A DNA stretch of 63,096 bases, the filler included, from Reclinomonas americana ATCC 50394 (Eukaryota): the NCBI GenBank assembly GCA_048213135.1. It is 37 parts of 37 records of this genome, joined end to end, with 100 filler letters (N's around TTAATTAATTAA, not from the genome) between each part and the next. Parts side by side here need not be neighbours in the genome. Positions count along the whole stretch, not along the records: positions 1 to 1,640 come from AFZH01025361.1; positions 1,741 to 3,379 come from AFZH01025362.1; positions 3,480 to 5,116 come from AFZH01025363.1; positions 5,217 to 6,853 come from AFZH01025364.1; positions 6,954 to 8,591 come from AFZH01025365.1; positions 8,692 to 10,322 come from AFZH01025366.1; positions 10,423 to 12,055 come from AFZH01025367.1; 30 more parts are not named here. One strand, 5' to 3'. The notes below the pieces were generated by a model. It had not been told where the DNA came from, made no database searches, and worked only from the letters and a program-made list of their open reading frames with translations. Numbering within the stretch: position 1 is the stretch's first letter; every line of letters starts with the position of its first letter. The position numbers and the translations under genes were made by a program. Below, one piece after another: positions 1 to 12,155 of this stretch.

Positions 1-1
1 G

Positions 2-1640
2 GGAGCAAACCTGCTGGCCACCGGCTTTGTTAGTGGTGAGGTGACGGTGGGTCGTCCGCAGACCTCGGTGGTGTCAGTGACCCACCGCGGAGCCGGTGCC
101 GGCCGTCTGCGTCAACTTACCCGTTCTCCCGAGTGGCGCCCGCAACAAGTGCGCAGCTCGCACACACGTTGCGACTTGGTGGTGGAGCTGCGCGCCATGG
201 CGGATCTCGGTTTTACTGGCATCTTGAAGGGAGACCAGGCTGTGGAGGCGCTGCCGTTCTTCCGCGTTGGTAATCTCCACCTAGCGTGGCAGTACACCCT
301 CGGCAACCCGGTGACGACGCCGACCATGACTTTCAACGGCACTGAACTCTGCGCTGGTCGTTTGCTGGCGCACATGGTGAAGCAGCTGTCGGATATTCTG
401 AGCGTGTTTGTGTTGACGCCGCTGCGACCGGTTCTTGGTCCAGACGGCATCCTGCTACGCAAGGTGCCGATCACATCGTTCCTGTTTGGCCGTCCGTTGT
501 CTGTCGCCGAGACGCTGCGGTTCGTCGTCGACAACTTCTGTGACGATGAGTGCGCCTTTGACAATGTGTTTGAGACGCTGGACGCATTTTCCTCCATGTT
601 TGCGCTGCTCGACAAACTCGCACGGATCGAGGCCATCTTGCAACGAGTAGGCGACGACGGTTGCGGTGTCACCAAGGCTGTTCAGGATTTCATCGCCGTT
701 GTCGACGACGACGAGCCGTACCCGGATCCGTTTGGTCCCATTCCTGGTGACAAGTTGGACTTTAGCGGTGCCATTTCGTGGGACAGTGACGACATGGTGG
801 TGATCAGCGGCACCTACACTGAGATCTCCACGACCGTCACCGGCGAGTTTGCATTGACGTTCCCCGTTTTCAACCACTTGCCGCAACTGCTCGTAGAGAT
901 GTTGGTGGGCATTGGCGACTCGCCAATTATCGCTGTGACATTCCCGGTGCTGACGATCAGTGTGGTAAAAGTGTGGTACTCGCCGCCAATCTGGCCCTGG
1001 CCCGTGGTGCAGTTGGAGCTGGACTTGGGTGCATCGCTGACGGCCAACTTGGGCGCCATGGTGCTGCGGCGGTCGGCGATTGTCAAGGCGGTGAAGACGA
1101 AGAATCCTCTGGTTCTGGTGGGTGGCTTCGGCTTCCCGATTACCGAAAATCCACCGGGCGGTGCACCGCGGTATCCGCTCTCCGGACGCTTCTACATGGG
1201 TGCCGGAGTGTCGGTCAGTGTCTTCATCTTCCGTGGTGGTGCCGGATTCGGGCTGGAACTGCTGGCGGAGGTGACATTCCAGAACGTGGATGGCAGTGGT
1301 TACATGACGTTGGACGACATTTTGTGGCTGGCACGGACCGGCAAAGTCTGGAACTCGCTGATGTTCCACTTGCAGCTGCGCGGCTATTTCCAGCTGTACA
1401 TTCGTGCCTGCATCCGCATCTGGCACAAACGGTTCTGCTGGACGCTTGTCAACTGGCATCCGTCGGTGGTTCTCTTCAACACCGTAATGACTGGCCCGAA
1501 GATACAGCGGGTGGTGGACTCGCAGGGCACAGTCAACACAAGCCTTCTCTTGGAAGGCTACACCGTTCATGCCCTTCCTTGTGCCGCTTGTGGTTCCGCC
1601 AGTGCCAGCGGTGTGCGTGATGTGCCCACCGGACCGACAA
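2..1640 (+). CDS. Internal fragment of a large protein resembling giant bacterial surface/adhesin-type proteins; partial at both ends
   Basis: Frame open across the whole contig with no evident intron; segments LTPLRPVLG..VPITSFLFGRPLS, FPVF..LVEMLVG, NPLVLVGGF and GGAGFGLELLAEVTFQNVDGSGYMTLDDI recall a conserved region of large Ca-binding surface proteins (recognition by eye). Confidence 0.5.
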
Positions 1641-1740
1641 NNNNNNNNNNNNNNNNNNNNNNNNNNNNNNNNNNNNNNNNNNNNTTAATTAATTAANNNN
1701 NNNNNNNNNNNNNNNNNNNNNNNNNNNNNNNNNNNNNNNN
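1641..1740. other. Artificial contig linker N44-TTAATTAATTAA-N44 (first of 36; recurs about every 1.7 kb, last at 61393-61492)
   Basis: Identical 100-nt block with stops in all six frames; sequences on either side are unrelated; contig lengths fall from 1640 to 1604 bp. Confidence 0.99.
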
Positions 1741-2100
1741 TTCTTCTTCTTCTTCTTCTTCTTCTTCTTCTTCTTCTTCTTCTTCTTCTTCTTCTTCTCT
1801 CCCTTTTTCATCTTCTCTTTGCCTCCTCCTCCTGCTCCTCTTTCTTGTTCTTGTTCTTGTGCTTGTGCTTGTTCTTGTTCTTGTTTTGTTCTCGTTCTTC
1901 TTCTTCTTCTTCTTCTTCTTCAACATCTTCGTCTTCTTTTACTTCGTCTTCTTCGTCTTCTCCGCCGCCTCCTCCTCCTTCCTTCTTCTTCTCCTTCTCC
2001 TCTTGTTCTTGTTCTTCTTCTTCCTCCCTCTCTCCCTCTCCCTCTCCCTTCCTCTTTGTCTTTCCCCTCTCTCCCCCCTTCTCCCTCACGCCTTCTTTTC
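1741..2100. repeat. (TTC)n microsatellite grading into a pyrimidine-rich low-complexity tract, probably intronic
   Basis: Direct sequence; ends at the CAG acceptor at 2105-2107. Confidence 0.9.
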
Positions 2101-2107
2101 ACCACAG

Positions 2108-2533
2108 TCGCCTTCGCCGGGAAGAGGAGCAGAACAGAAGAAAGTCGGAGGAGGCATACCGGCAGCTGGACACGGATCGCAACGCGCGGGCACAAGAGAC
2201 GGCGCAGTTGTTGAGACATTTGGATCGAGCGCGTCGCGAGTTGCAGGCGGTGAGTGAGCCTCACCCGCGTGGCGCCTTTTCCAAGCACTCACTCACTCGC
2301 GAGTCGTGCAGACCAAGGACGAACGAGCACGGATAGCCGAGGATCGACGAAAGATTGTCGACGAGACGACCACGTTGCGCTTGCAGAGTGAGCAGGTGCG
2401 ACAGGAGACGCGGCGCACGTGTGATCTCGTGGATCAGCTGGTGGAGATGGATGCGTCGTTTGTGGCGGCCATGTTTCGCGACTCTCCACGTCTCAGTGCC
2501 ATGCGGAAAGACTTGGGAACGCATCCCCAGTAA
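2108..2533 (+). CDS. Last two exons of a coiled-coil protein (2108-2249, 2312-2533)
   Basis: GTGAGT...CAG intron 2250-2311 joins RRELQA to TKDERARIAEDRRK in frame; TAA stop. Confidence 0.65.
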
Positions 2534-2675
2534 TTCTCTCTCTCTCTCACACACACACGCGCGCGACAATGTACCATCAGCAGAAAAGCACAAGGCGATT
2601 TCACTGGCAGATGATTGGGAAAAAACAGGGTGTGTGTGCGTGTGTGGCACTGGCGAAAGTGCATTCTCAAGCGAT

Positions 2676-3261
2676 TTAGGTCGCCGTGGCGAACGACACC
2701 TGCTTGTTTCCGTAGTCGAACCTGAGGGCGGCGGGGGGAAGACAAGTGAGTACTGGGTAGAGAAAAGGGAGAGGTAGAGAAAGGGCATCGCAACTTGGTG
2801 TAGTACTGAGGTGGGTGAGCGACAGAAAGGAGAAGAGCGATGAATGAGTACGACCAAGTGAATATGGGAAGGAAACGCAAGCGCAATTTACCTTGCCCAT
2901 GAACACGTCGCCACTGTAGCGGAGAACAGACAATGGCATTCGTAACAAGTTAGAACAAGAGGAAATCAAACATCAAACAGGGCAACAGAGGATGATACGC
3001 ACAGAATCCACAACGGGGCAGCTGTGGGAGGCGCACAACAAAACACCGGTGAGTAAATGCGTGGGAAACACATGGAACGCACAAGCACAACGCACATGGC
3101 ACATCGAGACCAATGAAGCCAGAGACGCACTGCACAAGAGAAGAACGATGAGCGCCTGAGGACAAGAAACCGAATAACGGACGAGAAAAGACAAACCTCG
3201 TACTGTCCCTCGACGCCGAGCTTGAGCACGTAGTCGACAGGGTCCAGGTTGAACGACTTGC
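2676..3261 (-). CDS. Pepsin-family (A1, cathepsin D-like) aspartic protease, last six exons
   Basis: Exons 3261-3197, 3129-3096, 3021-3003, 2913-2892, 2805-2795, 2721-2676 splice (all GT-AG) to GKSFNLDPVDYVLKLGVEGQYECVSGFIGLDVPSAPLWILGDVFMGKYYTKFDYGNKQVSFATAT*, with the WILGDVF..YY..FD motif. Confidence 0.93.
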
Positions 3262-3322
3262 CTGTGGGGACGAGGTGAGCAAGATACAAACAGTGTGCGT
3301 GAAGGTGTGTGTGTGTGTGTGT

Positions 3323-3372
<50 letters not shown>

Positions 3373-3480
3373 TAGAGACNNNNNNNNNNNNNNNNNNNNN
3401 NNNNNNNNNNNNNNNNNNNNNNNTTAATTAATTAANNNNNNNNNNNNNNNNNNNNNNNNNNNNNNNNNNNNNNNNNNNNT

Positions 3481-5116
3481 CCGTTCAGCACGCTGAATGT
3501 GGCGGCCGCGAACGATCCGAATCATCCGGTGGTGCCGGCCTTTGCGGTGTCGTCGCTGGTGACCACGCTGTCGCTGTACGGCGAAGGCTTTGAGCCGATC
3601 CTGTCGCCCGATGCCTTCATCCTGGTGCCGCAGACTCAGGGCACCGCAGTGTGCACGGCGGCGGCCAAGGACCCGTTCAGTGTTATTCTGCAGGGCCCGC
3701 TGGCGGCCGCCGGACGTGAGATGCAGCTGACAATCAGTCTCGGCAACTCTTCCGGCTGGACCGATTCCGGTCTGTACACAATTTGCGCGCGCTGGGAGGA
3801 CAACGACGTGGTGAACAACACGTATGCACCTCTGGTCGACATTGAGGTCGCGGCGTTCGAGACGGTGCCGGAGGTGCCGATCACCATCACCAACGGCGTT
3901 GCGCAGCAAGTGGTCGGTCTGACGGCGCTGGGCGCCCTCAACGGCTCTGCGTTTGCGATTTTCGCCAACGACTTTTGCGGCACGGGCCCTGACCCGCCAA
4001 TTGTGGCGCCCGACGTGGCGTGGGACTTTGGCCTCCAGACGCTGACGTTTGGCAACAGCGGACCGGTGCAGTTGTTGACGGGTGCCACGTACTCGCTCTG
4101 CCAGCGTGTGCCTGGCGGCAGTGCGTTCCGTCCGTTCTCGTACGTGCGCGCTGCGGCTGCCGATGCTTTCTTCAACCCGCTGGAGCCAGTGTTCTCGATG
4201 ACCAACCGCCAGGTGTCTGTGGTGATGCGCGGTGGCGGTTTCCGCTTGGTGCCGTCACCCGACGCCATCATGCTGCAGCCGCTCACCGGCAACATGGCCG
4301 CCACGTGCGCCGGTACGCAGGTGCCCTTCAGTAGCATTGCTCAGATCGAGGTCTCCAACGACAACAGCACGATGCTGTTGACATTCGACCTGGCCGCCAA
4401 CGGCGGCTTTGTCACTGCCGGCGTCTACACCATCTGCGCTCGCTGGCACGACAACGATCTCATCAACAACACCTACGCCCCGCTGGCCAACTTTGACGTG
4501 ACGGCCGTGCTGGCCACGCCTCTGGCTCCGCTCGTGCTCACCAACTCGGTGCGTGCCCAGACCATTGGTGTCACTGGCTACAGCCTGGATGCCGTGGCTA
4601 CGTACGCCGTGTTTGTCGACGACAACTGCACGGCTAGCCCGCCGACACCAATCAACATGGACCCGACGGTGTTGTACTCGGTGTCGTACTTCACCTTCTC
4701 GCCGACAGAGCCGCTGCAGTTGTCGCCGGGCGAGTCGTACTTCCTGTGCCAGATGACTGTCGGCTCGGGTGTGTTCCGGCCGTTTGCACCGCTGACCGTG
4801 GCCGCCGCCAACAACCCGGTGGCGCCCATCTCGCCGTCGTTCAGCATGACCGGGCAGCCGGTGGTGGTGACACTGCAGGGCGCCGGTTTCATGATTTTGG
4901 GGCCGCCGCCGTCCTTCCACTTGGAGGCGGTCGCGGATCCGAGCACTGTGTGCCAGGGTCCCGAGATTCCCAACAGCAGTGTGACGCAGACGTCGGTGTC
5001 GTTGCAGGGTGCCGTGATGAAGCTGACCATCGACCTGGGCTCCATTCTGGCACCGGCACCAGCCGGCACCTACTACGTGTGCGTGCAGTGGCACACCGAC
5101 GACCCTGTCAACACAA
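3481..5116 (+). CDS. Large repetitive cell-surface protein fragment, copy A (about 217-aa Ig/IPT-like beta-rich repeats)
   Basis: Open frame over the whole contig; repeats GLYTICARWEDNDVVNNTYAPL / GVYTICARWHDNDLINNTYAPL / GTYYVCVQWHTDDPVNT; many N-x-S/T sites. Confidence 0.8.
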
Positions 5117-5217
5117 NNNNNNNNNNNNNNNNNNNNNNNNNNNNNNNNNNNNNNNNNNNNTTAATTAATTAANNNNNNNNNNNNNNNNNNNNNNNNNNNN
5201 NNNNNNNNNNNNNNNNC

Positions 5218-6853
5218 CCGTTCAGCACGCTGAATGTGGCGGCCGCGAACGACCCGAATCATCCGGTGGTGCCGGCCTTTGCGGTGTCGTCGCTGGTGAC
5301 CACGCTGTCGCTGTACGGCGAAGGCTTTGAGCCGATCCTGTCGCCCGATGCCTTCATCCTGGTGCCGCAGACCCAGGGCACCGCAGTGTGCGCGGCGGCG
5401 GCCAAGGACCCGTTCAGCGTCATTCTGCAGGGCCCGCTGGCGGCCGCCGGACGTGAGATGCAGCTGACAATCAGTCTCGGCAACTCTTCCGGCTGGACCG
5501 ATTCCGGTCTGTACACGATTTGCGCGCGCTGGGAGGACAACGACGTGGTGAACAACACGTATGCACCTCTGGTCGACATTGAGGTCGCGGCGTTCGAGAC
5601 GGTGCCGGAGGTGCCGATCACCATCACCAACGGCGTTGCGCAGCAAGTGGTCGGTCTGACGGCGCTGGGCGCCCTCAACGGCTCTGCGTTTGCGATTTTC
5701 GCCAACGACTTTTGCGGCACGGGCCCCGACCCGCCAATTGTCGCGCCCGACGTGGCATGGGACTTTGGCCTCCAGACGCTGACGTTTGGCAACAGCGGAC
5801 CGGTGCAGTTGTTGACGGGTGCCACGTACTCGCTCTGCCAGCGTGTGCCTGGTGGCAGTGCGTTCCGTCCGTTCTCGTACGTGCGCGCTGCGGCTGCCGA
5901 TGCCTTCTTCAACCCGCTGGAGCCAGTGTTCTCGATGACCAACCGCCAGGTGTCTGTGGTGATGCGCGGTGGCGGTTTCCGCTTGGTGCCGTCGCCCGAC
6001 GCCATCATGCTGCAGCCGCTCACCGGCAACATGGCCGCCACGTGCGCCGGTACGCAGGTGCCCTTCAGCAGCATTGCTCAGATCGAGGTCTCCAACGACA
6101 ACAGCACGATGCTGTTGACATTCGACCTGGCCGCCAACGGCGGCTTTGTCACTGCCGGCGTCTACACCATCTGCGCTCGCTGGCACGACAACGATCTCAT
6201 CAACAACACCTACGCCCCGCTGGCCAACTTTGACGTGACGGCCGTGCTGGCCACGCCGCTGGCTCCACTCGTGCTCACCAACTCGGTGCGTGCCCAGACC
6301 ATTGGTGTCACTGGCTACAGCCTGGATGCCGTGGCTGCGTACGCCGTGTTTGTCGACGACAACTGCACGGCTAGCCCGCCGACACCAATCAACATGGACC
6401 CGACGGTGTTGTACTCGGTGTCGTACTTCACCTTCTCGCCGACAGAGCCGCTGCAGTTGTCGCCGGGCGAGTCGTACTTCCTGTGCCAGATGACTGTCGG
6501 CTCGGGTGTGTTCCGGCCGTTTGCACCGCTGACCGTGGCCGCCGCCAACAACCCGGTGGCGCCCATCTCGCCGTCGTTCAGCATGACCGGACAGCCGGTG
6601 GTGGTGACACTGCAGGGCGCCGGTTTCATGATTCTGGGGCCGCCGCCGTCCTTCCACTTGGAGGCGGTGGCGGATCCGAGCACTGTGTGCCAGGGTCCCG
6701 AGATTCCCAACAGCAGTGTGACGCAGACGTCGGTGTCGTTGCAGGGTGCCGTGATGAAGCTGACCATCGACCTGGGCTCCATTCTGGCACCGGCACCAGC
6801 CGGCACCTACTACGTGTGCGTGCAGTGGCACACCGACGACCCTGTCAACACTA
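5218..6853 (+). CDS. Large repetitive cell-surface protein fragment, copy B (near-identical to 3481-5116)
   Basis: Same start and end points; about 20 substitutions by manual count, two Thr/Ala changes. Confidence 0.8.
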
Positions 6854-7537
6854 NNNNNNNNNNNNNNNNNNNNNNNNNNNNNNNNNNNNNNNNNNNNTTA
6901 ATTAATTAANNNNNNNNNNNNNNNNNNNNNNNNNNNNNNNNNNNNNNNNNNNNCGCCTGAGCTGCACACACACGCACACACATACACACACAGAGAGAGA
7001 GAGAAAGAGGGAGAGAAGAGAAATGCGGAGATTAGAGATCGGCAGACAACACACACACGCACGCACGCACGCACACAGAGAGAGAGAGAGAGAGAGAGAA
7101 GCAGAGCATTGAGTGCGAGAGAGAGCGACTTGCAGGCGTTGTAGGCGACGCCTTTGCCACACATACTGTTGTCTACCGATCCCTTCTCTTTGCTCTTCTA
7201 TTCTCTTCCACTGTCTTTCTCCTTCACTCTCTCTGTGTGTGTGACAGAGACATGCATACACGCTCTCGCTCTCGCTTGCACACACTCGCACCCACATACA
7301 CACGCACGTACACACACACAAAGGGAAGAGTAGAGATTGGCAAACGACACACACCCATTCACAGAGAGAGAAACTGAGAGTAGAGAAGACGCACACACAC
7401 TCTCACCCTCTCCCATCCTCTCCCTCTCCTTCTCCCTTGCCCCACCCTCCATCTCTCTCCTTGCGTTTCCCCGAGCATGCATCGGAAAGATTAACTGTTT
7501 ATTTTTCCTTCCCTCTTCCCTCTTCCCTCTTCCGCAG

Positions 7538-8209
7538 AGCATCACATCGTGACGCTGCTGGAGAAGGCCGGTGTGCTGACAGACTTGTACGAGGATTTCG
7601 ATGATGTGTTGCAGCAGCCGTTGATGGTGGTGAACCCGCTGGTGCATGCGCTGGCGACGTGGTTTGATCATCAGTCGGAGGGCGATCGTTGCGCGTTCCT
7701 TCATTTTTTAGTGTATTGTGTGAGGATTGTTGTCTCACTACGCATTGCGGCAGGTGTGATGGAGTGTGTGGAGCTGGAGACGGTGTTTGAGGCGCTGTTT
7801 GCCTTGTTGTTGGTGCTGGAGCAGGTCATTTCGCAGTACGAGGCGGTCATTATGGAGGGCGGCGATCGGAGTTGCGCTTTGTTGTTTTTCTCTTCCTCTG
7901 ATTGTGCGTCTGCTCACGCCCGGTGTGCACAGAGTTGCTGAGCCTACTCGAGCAGTATCCGGAGAGTGTGGCTGGAGTGCGGCAACGCATGGTGGCCAAG
8001 TACGAGCAGCTGGAGCGCTCGCTTGATTTCCTGCCGCCGCGTTTCTCCCAGCTGTCCGCCGTTTTGACACTGCGAGTTTTGTCGACGCAGTCTCTGTCGC
8101 ACCCTGCGGTCCTTGCTCTCTTGCTCACTGTCCGTGTCGCACACTCACAGCCGCGCCACACGCCGCGCTGTTTCCTCGGTTGTCCGCCACAGTCGTTTGG
8201 CATGACCGA
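7538..8209 (+). CDS. Spliced helical protein of unknown function, partial
   Basis: Introns 7688-7753 and 7871-7932 (both GTTGCG...CAG) join exons in frame; 3' boundary approximate. Confidence 0.55.
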
Positions 8210-8433
8210 GTGCTTTTCCACGCGACCGGTTTGTGTAGCAATTGTCAGATGGCTTGCACAAGGAAAGAATTCTTCTTTGAGCGTACACAATCCTATGTCT
8301 TGCTCCCATCATGTTACACAGCTGTCATAGTATTCTCCCCGCAACGTCCATCTTGTTTGTTGCTGTCTCTCCTGTTTAGCAGCACCTCGTTTGTCGTTGA
8401 CCACACTTTCAACCACTTGATTATGATGTTCAC

Positions 8434-8480
<47 letters not shown>

Positions 8481-8730
8481 CTCTCCCCCTGTGTGTCACT
8501 CTCCTGCAGCATCTCTTCCATTCTCTTCCAACCGATTAATGCTTCCTGCTGCCCCTTGCTTCCTTCCCCTTTCCCTCTCCCTTCCTCTCCCNNNNNNNNN
8601 NNNNNNNNNNNNNNNNNNNNNNNNNNNNNNNNNNNTTAATTAATTAANNNNNNNNNNNNNNNNNNNNNNNNNNNNNNNNNNNNNNNNNNNNCGTACGTAC
8701 GTACGTAGGTACGGTAACGTAACTAGTATA

Positions 8731-8835
<105 letters not shown>

Positions 8836-8902
8836 CAACACAAAGACAGTTAGCCTAAATTTGGGTCGCAGCGCTCGCGGTTCGGCTTTGTCAAGCACAC
8901 AC

Positions 8903-9121
8903 CTCCGTCTTCATGTGGGTGAGCAAGCTGCTGGCATGTTGTGCCGACTTGTGACTGCAGCACCAGCACTGCCAGACAACAGAGTGTCTCCTTGTCTGGT
9001 CGCTCCGATAGATCTCGTGCCGTACTTTCGCCAGCACTTGCGGCAGCTCATGCACCATGCCCACCGACTGCAGGTCGGCTGCAATCTTGTCACGAACATC
9101 CTGTAAACGCAGTCTCACCAT
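8903..9121 (-). CDS. First exon of a protein with a putative C2H2/BED-like zinc finger
   Basis: MVRLRLQD...WQCWCCSHKSAQHASSLLTHMKTE followed by a GTGTGT donor. Confidence 0.35.
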
Positions 9122-9351
9122 GGCTCTCTGAAGGTGTGTGTTTGTGTGTGAGGTTGAGCAGCGGCACGGGGAGGTCGACTGGGGGTCGCTCCGCGGTTGC
9201 ATCTCGACTGCATCGACCCCGCTGGGGTCTCTCGTGGGTAGTTTGCGAGCTTTTTCGTTGCGTTTTCACTTTCTTTGCATTCAAGAGAGAGCTGGCCAAC
9301 CCCCACCACCCTAATCTCTGTTTGAACACTTTTACACTTTCACAACACACA

Positions 9352-10322
9352 ATGCAGTCGAATCGAATCAGCTCCGCCAATCGTGATGAAGAAGAGTCCT
9401 CGGGTGGTGCGTCAGCTGCCGCACCTTCTGCGTCAATGCCACGTGGCAGTCCCAGTTCTGGTCTTCCGCGTGCCGTGGCAAGTTGCGTGCAGCTGTCACC
9501 GTGACAAGCTCACCTGTGTGCTGACGATCATGACTTGGTGGTGTTGTGCGCAGCCCTCTGTGGCTCGAGAAACAGGCGCTCATTTGAGGAAGCGCTTGGT
9601 GGCTCTGATGAGGAGGAGGAGGAGGTCTCGCAGCCGCCGGTGAAGAAGCGCTCCATGCAACAGTACCTTCGACAAGCGCGGGCGCTCCCAGACGAGGAGA
9701 CTGTTCGCAGCTTCGGCCTGTTCACCGCAGACGGCGACTGCAGTGAGAAGCGTCGCACTGAAGTATTGATTGCCGTTGGTGCCGAGACATGCCGGCGCCT
9801 GGATTCTCTTGCGCAGGCTGTGCAGGAGAACACCAAGGTCCTTCAGGAGACTGCCAGGCTCCTTCAGGTTGTGGCGAGCAAGTCGGTGTCACAGGCCGAC
9901 AACTTGGAGGCCATGAAGCATGCAATGTGCCGCACAACTGCAGAGCTTGATGAGAAGGGAGCGGTATGTATGTTGTTGCTGCACCATGCAGTGTCTTGTC
10001 ACTATGCCTAACACGGGTCGCCTTGCCACTTCACCAGGAGAACATTGCAGCCGTTGCCCGAAGCAGCATCCGCCGCGCCTTGGACAACGGCGATCTGGCG
10101 ACTCTCCAGCGCTGGCACAAGAAGGACAACGTTCTGGTCAAGGAGACTGTCGACAAGACCAAGAGCCTATCTCGCTTTGTCGAGCTGGTCGCCACCGAGG
10201 AAGGAGCGAAGAGCGTGGCGTCAAAGGTGGAGTTCTTTCGTGGTTGTTGTGATTGTGTAGTCCTTTGACAGACAGAGTGTGTCTATAATTCATTGCAGAT
10301 CAGTACCAAGATCAACTCTGCT
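9352..10322 (+). CDS. Spliced hypothetical protein with NLS-like motif and coiled coil, 5' part
   Basis: ATG 9352; exons carry PPVKKR and LDSLAQAVQENTKVLQE; GTATGT...CAG intron near 9964-10037. Confidence 0.5.
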
Positions 10323-10422
10323 NNNNNNNNNNNNNNNNNNNNNNNNNNNNNNNNNNNNNNNNNNNNTTAATTAATTAANNNNNNNNNNNNNNNNNNNNNN
10401 NNNNNNNNNNNNNNNNNNNNNN

Positions 10423-12055
10423 GCACGGCCGCCTTTTCGAAATCGATGCGCACCTGCGCAGCCGAGCACACACACACGTATCAGCGACAAGCGCGGTGGT
10501 CACAGCTGTCGCGCATCAAAAGAGGACAACAAACCTTGCGCACTTTGCTGGGATCGGCTTCGTCCTCGGGAGCCATGACCAGCGAGATGCCCCACGGCCG
10601 TGTGCTGGGGCTGTAGAGCTCCAGCTCTTGCACGTCGCGCACCAAGTCAATGTGCATGCGGTCTTCGGTGGAGCTCGGCGAGTCGAACACGTTGAGGTAG
10701 TTGGCGGTCAGCAGCAGCCAGCGCAGGTTCCAGCCTGATGGCTCCTTGACACGCGCCATCGTCTCCAGCACGCGCACGCGATGCACACGCTCCACAATAT
10801 CCAACAGCTGCTGTCGCTCCTCTTGCGACCGCAACGCCTTGAATGGCGTGTTCCCGTACATGTCTTGCACATCCACAAAGGCACCCTTTTCCACCAGCAG
10901 TGCGCCAATCTCTGTGTTGTGAGAGCGGAGAGCCAGATGGAGCGGTGTACTGCAACGACATACAAAGCAAGAGAGTGAGTGGAGAGTTCTGCGTTGGGAT
11001 GAGTGAGCGAGTGAGTGCGTGGCTTTCGTCACCTTGACGAAATGTTGCGTGCGTTGATATCGGCTCCGGCCGTGAGCAGCACGTCGACCACCTCCAGTGA
11101 CCCGTAGATGCACGCAATATGCAATGGCGTGTTCTCTTCCAAATCGACAGAGTTGGCACTGATGGCACGCTCGGCATACGTCGCACCAAGCTCCGCCTGC
11201 AGTTGCGGGTCCAACCGACCCACACACGAGCCACGGCAACATTGTTGTCCTGCGTTTGTCGCGCAAACACACGAATGAGGAACTACACCACACTAAGCAG
11301 TGCGCACTGGCTGGTGGAGAAAGTACGAAACCTTGGCTGCAATGTGCAATGCGGTGGCCGAGTCGGCGTCGCGAATGTCGACAGCATATGGTAATCTCAT
11401 AAACACTCGCGCCACTGGTGCACTCGACACAAAGTGAATGGCATTGTAACCGTCGGCATTCAGCGAGCTGTGTGCGTACACACACGCGTGTGAGTATTCG
11501 GGTGCAGTAGTGGGGCGGGTGGGTGAGCAGACGCAACTTCATGGCAACCGCCATCAGCTGTCCGTCGTCGTTTTGCAAATCCCGCATGGGATCGCTCTCA
11601 ATCAACGACTGCTCCGGCGTAGTCTCCCGTGCGGCCATCTGCACACGCGACCGCAGCGACAACCGAGTGGCACTACGCGTCCGTAGCAAGGCCGTGGATG
11701 GTGCAAATGCCGCCTGCTGCTGCTGCGAAAACTTGGCCATGCTGTTCCTCCGTAACCTCACCGCCTGCGTCAGCTCGTCGTGTAGTCTCTTTTGTTGCTG
11801 TTGAACGACCGGAATCGAGGTTAGCACGGGCGACACCGCCGCAAACGCCTGCACCATGCTCTTGCGATGTCCAATCAGTCGCCGACCACCGCCAGCCGCA
11901 CCACCACCTCCGCCGCCAGCGGCATCCGAGCGCAAGCCCATTGGTGCAAACTTCATGTCACCCACAGGCAGCGTGCCATTGGACGAGCGCCGAGCGGTCG
12001 AGATGCCAGCCGGTGAGGTGGACTGCGGCCGCAACGAAACAGGCGCTGGTTCTGC
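10423..12055 (-). CDS. Ankyrin-repeat + PH-domain protein, partial, multi-exon
   Basis: Ankyrin motifs TALHIAAK, NTPLHIACIYGSLEVVDVLLTAGADINARN, TPLHLALRSHNTEIGALLVEKGAFVDVQDMYGNTP; PH-like SGWNLRWLLLTANYLNVFDS. Confidence 0.85.
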
Positions 12056-12155
12056 NNNNNNNNNNNNNNNNNNNNNNNNNNNNNNNNNNNNNNNNNNNNT
12101 TAATTAATTAANNNNNNNNNNNNNNNNNNNNNNNNNNNNNNNNNNNNNNNNNNNN

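Noticed and set aside
1693..2336. Poly-K/E/S/F ORFs here and poly-CV/ER ORFs elsewhere
   Set aside because: Translations of microsatellites and low-complexity introns.
5161..6831. 556-aa antisense ORF and similar long opposite-strand ORFs (455-1570, 30826-31971, 32892-33803, 58604-59488)
   Set aside because: Shadow frames of GC3-rich genes; the equivalent antisense frame in copy A is interrupted while the sense frame is conserved.
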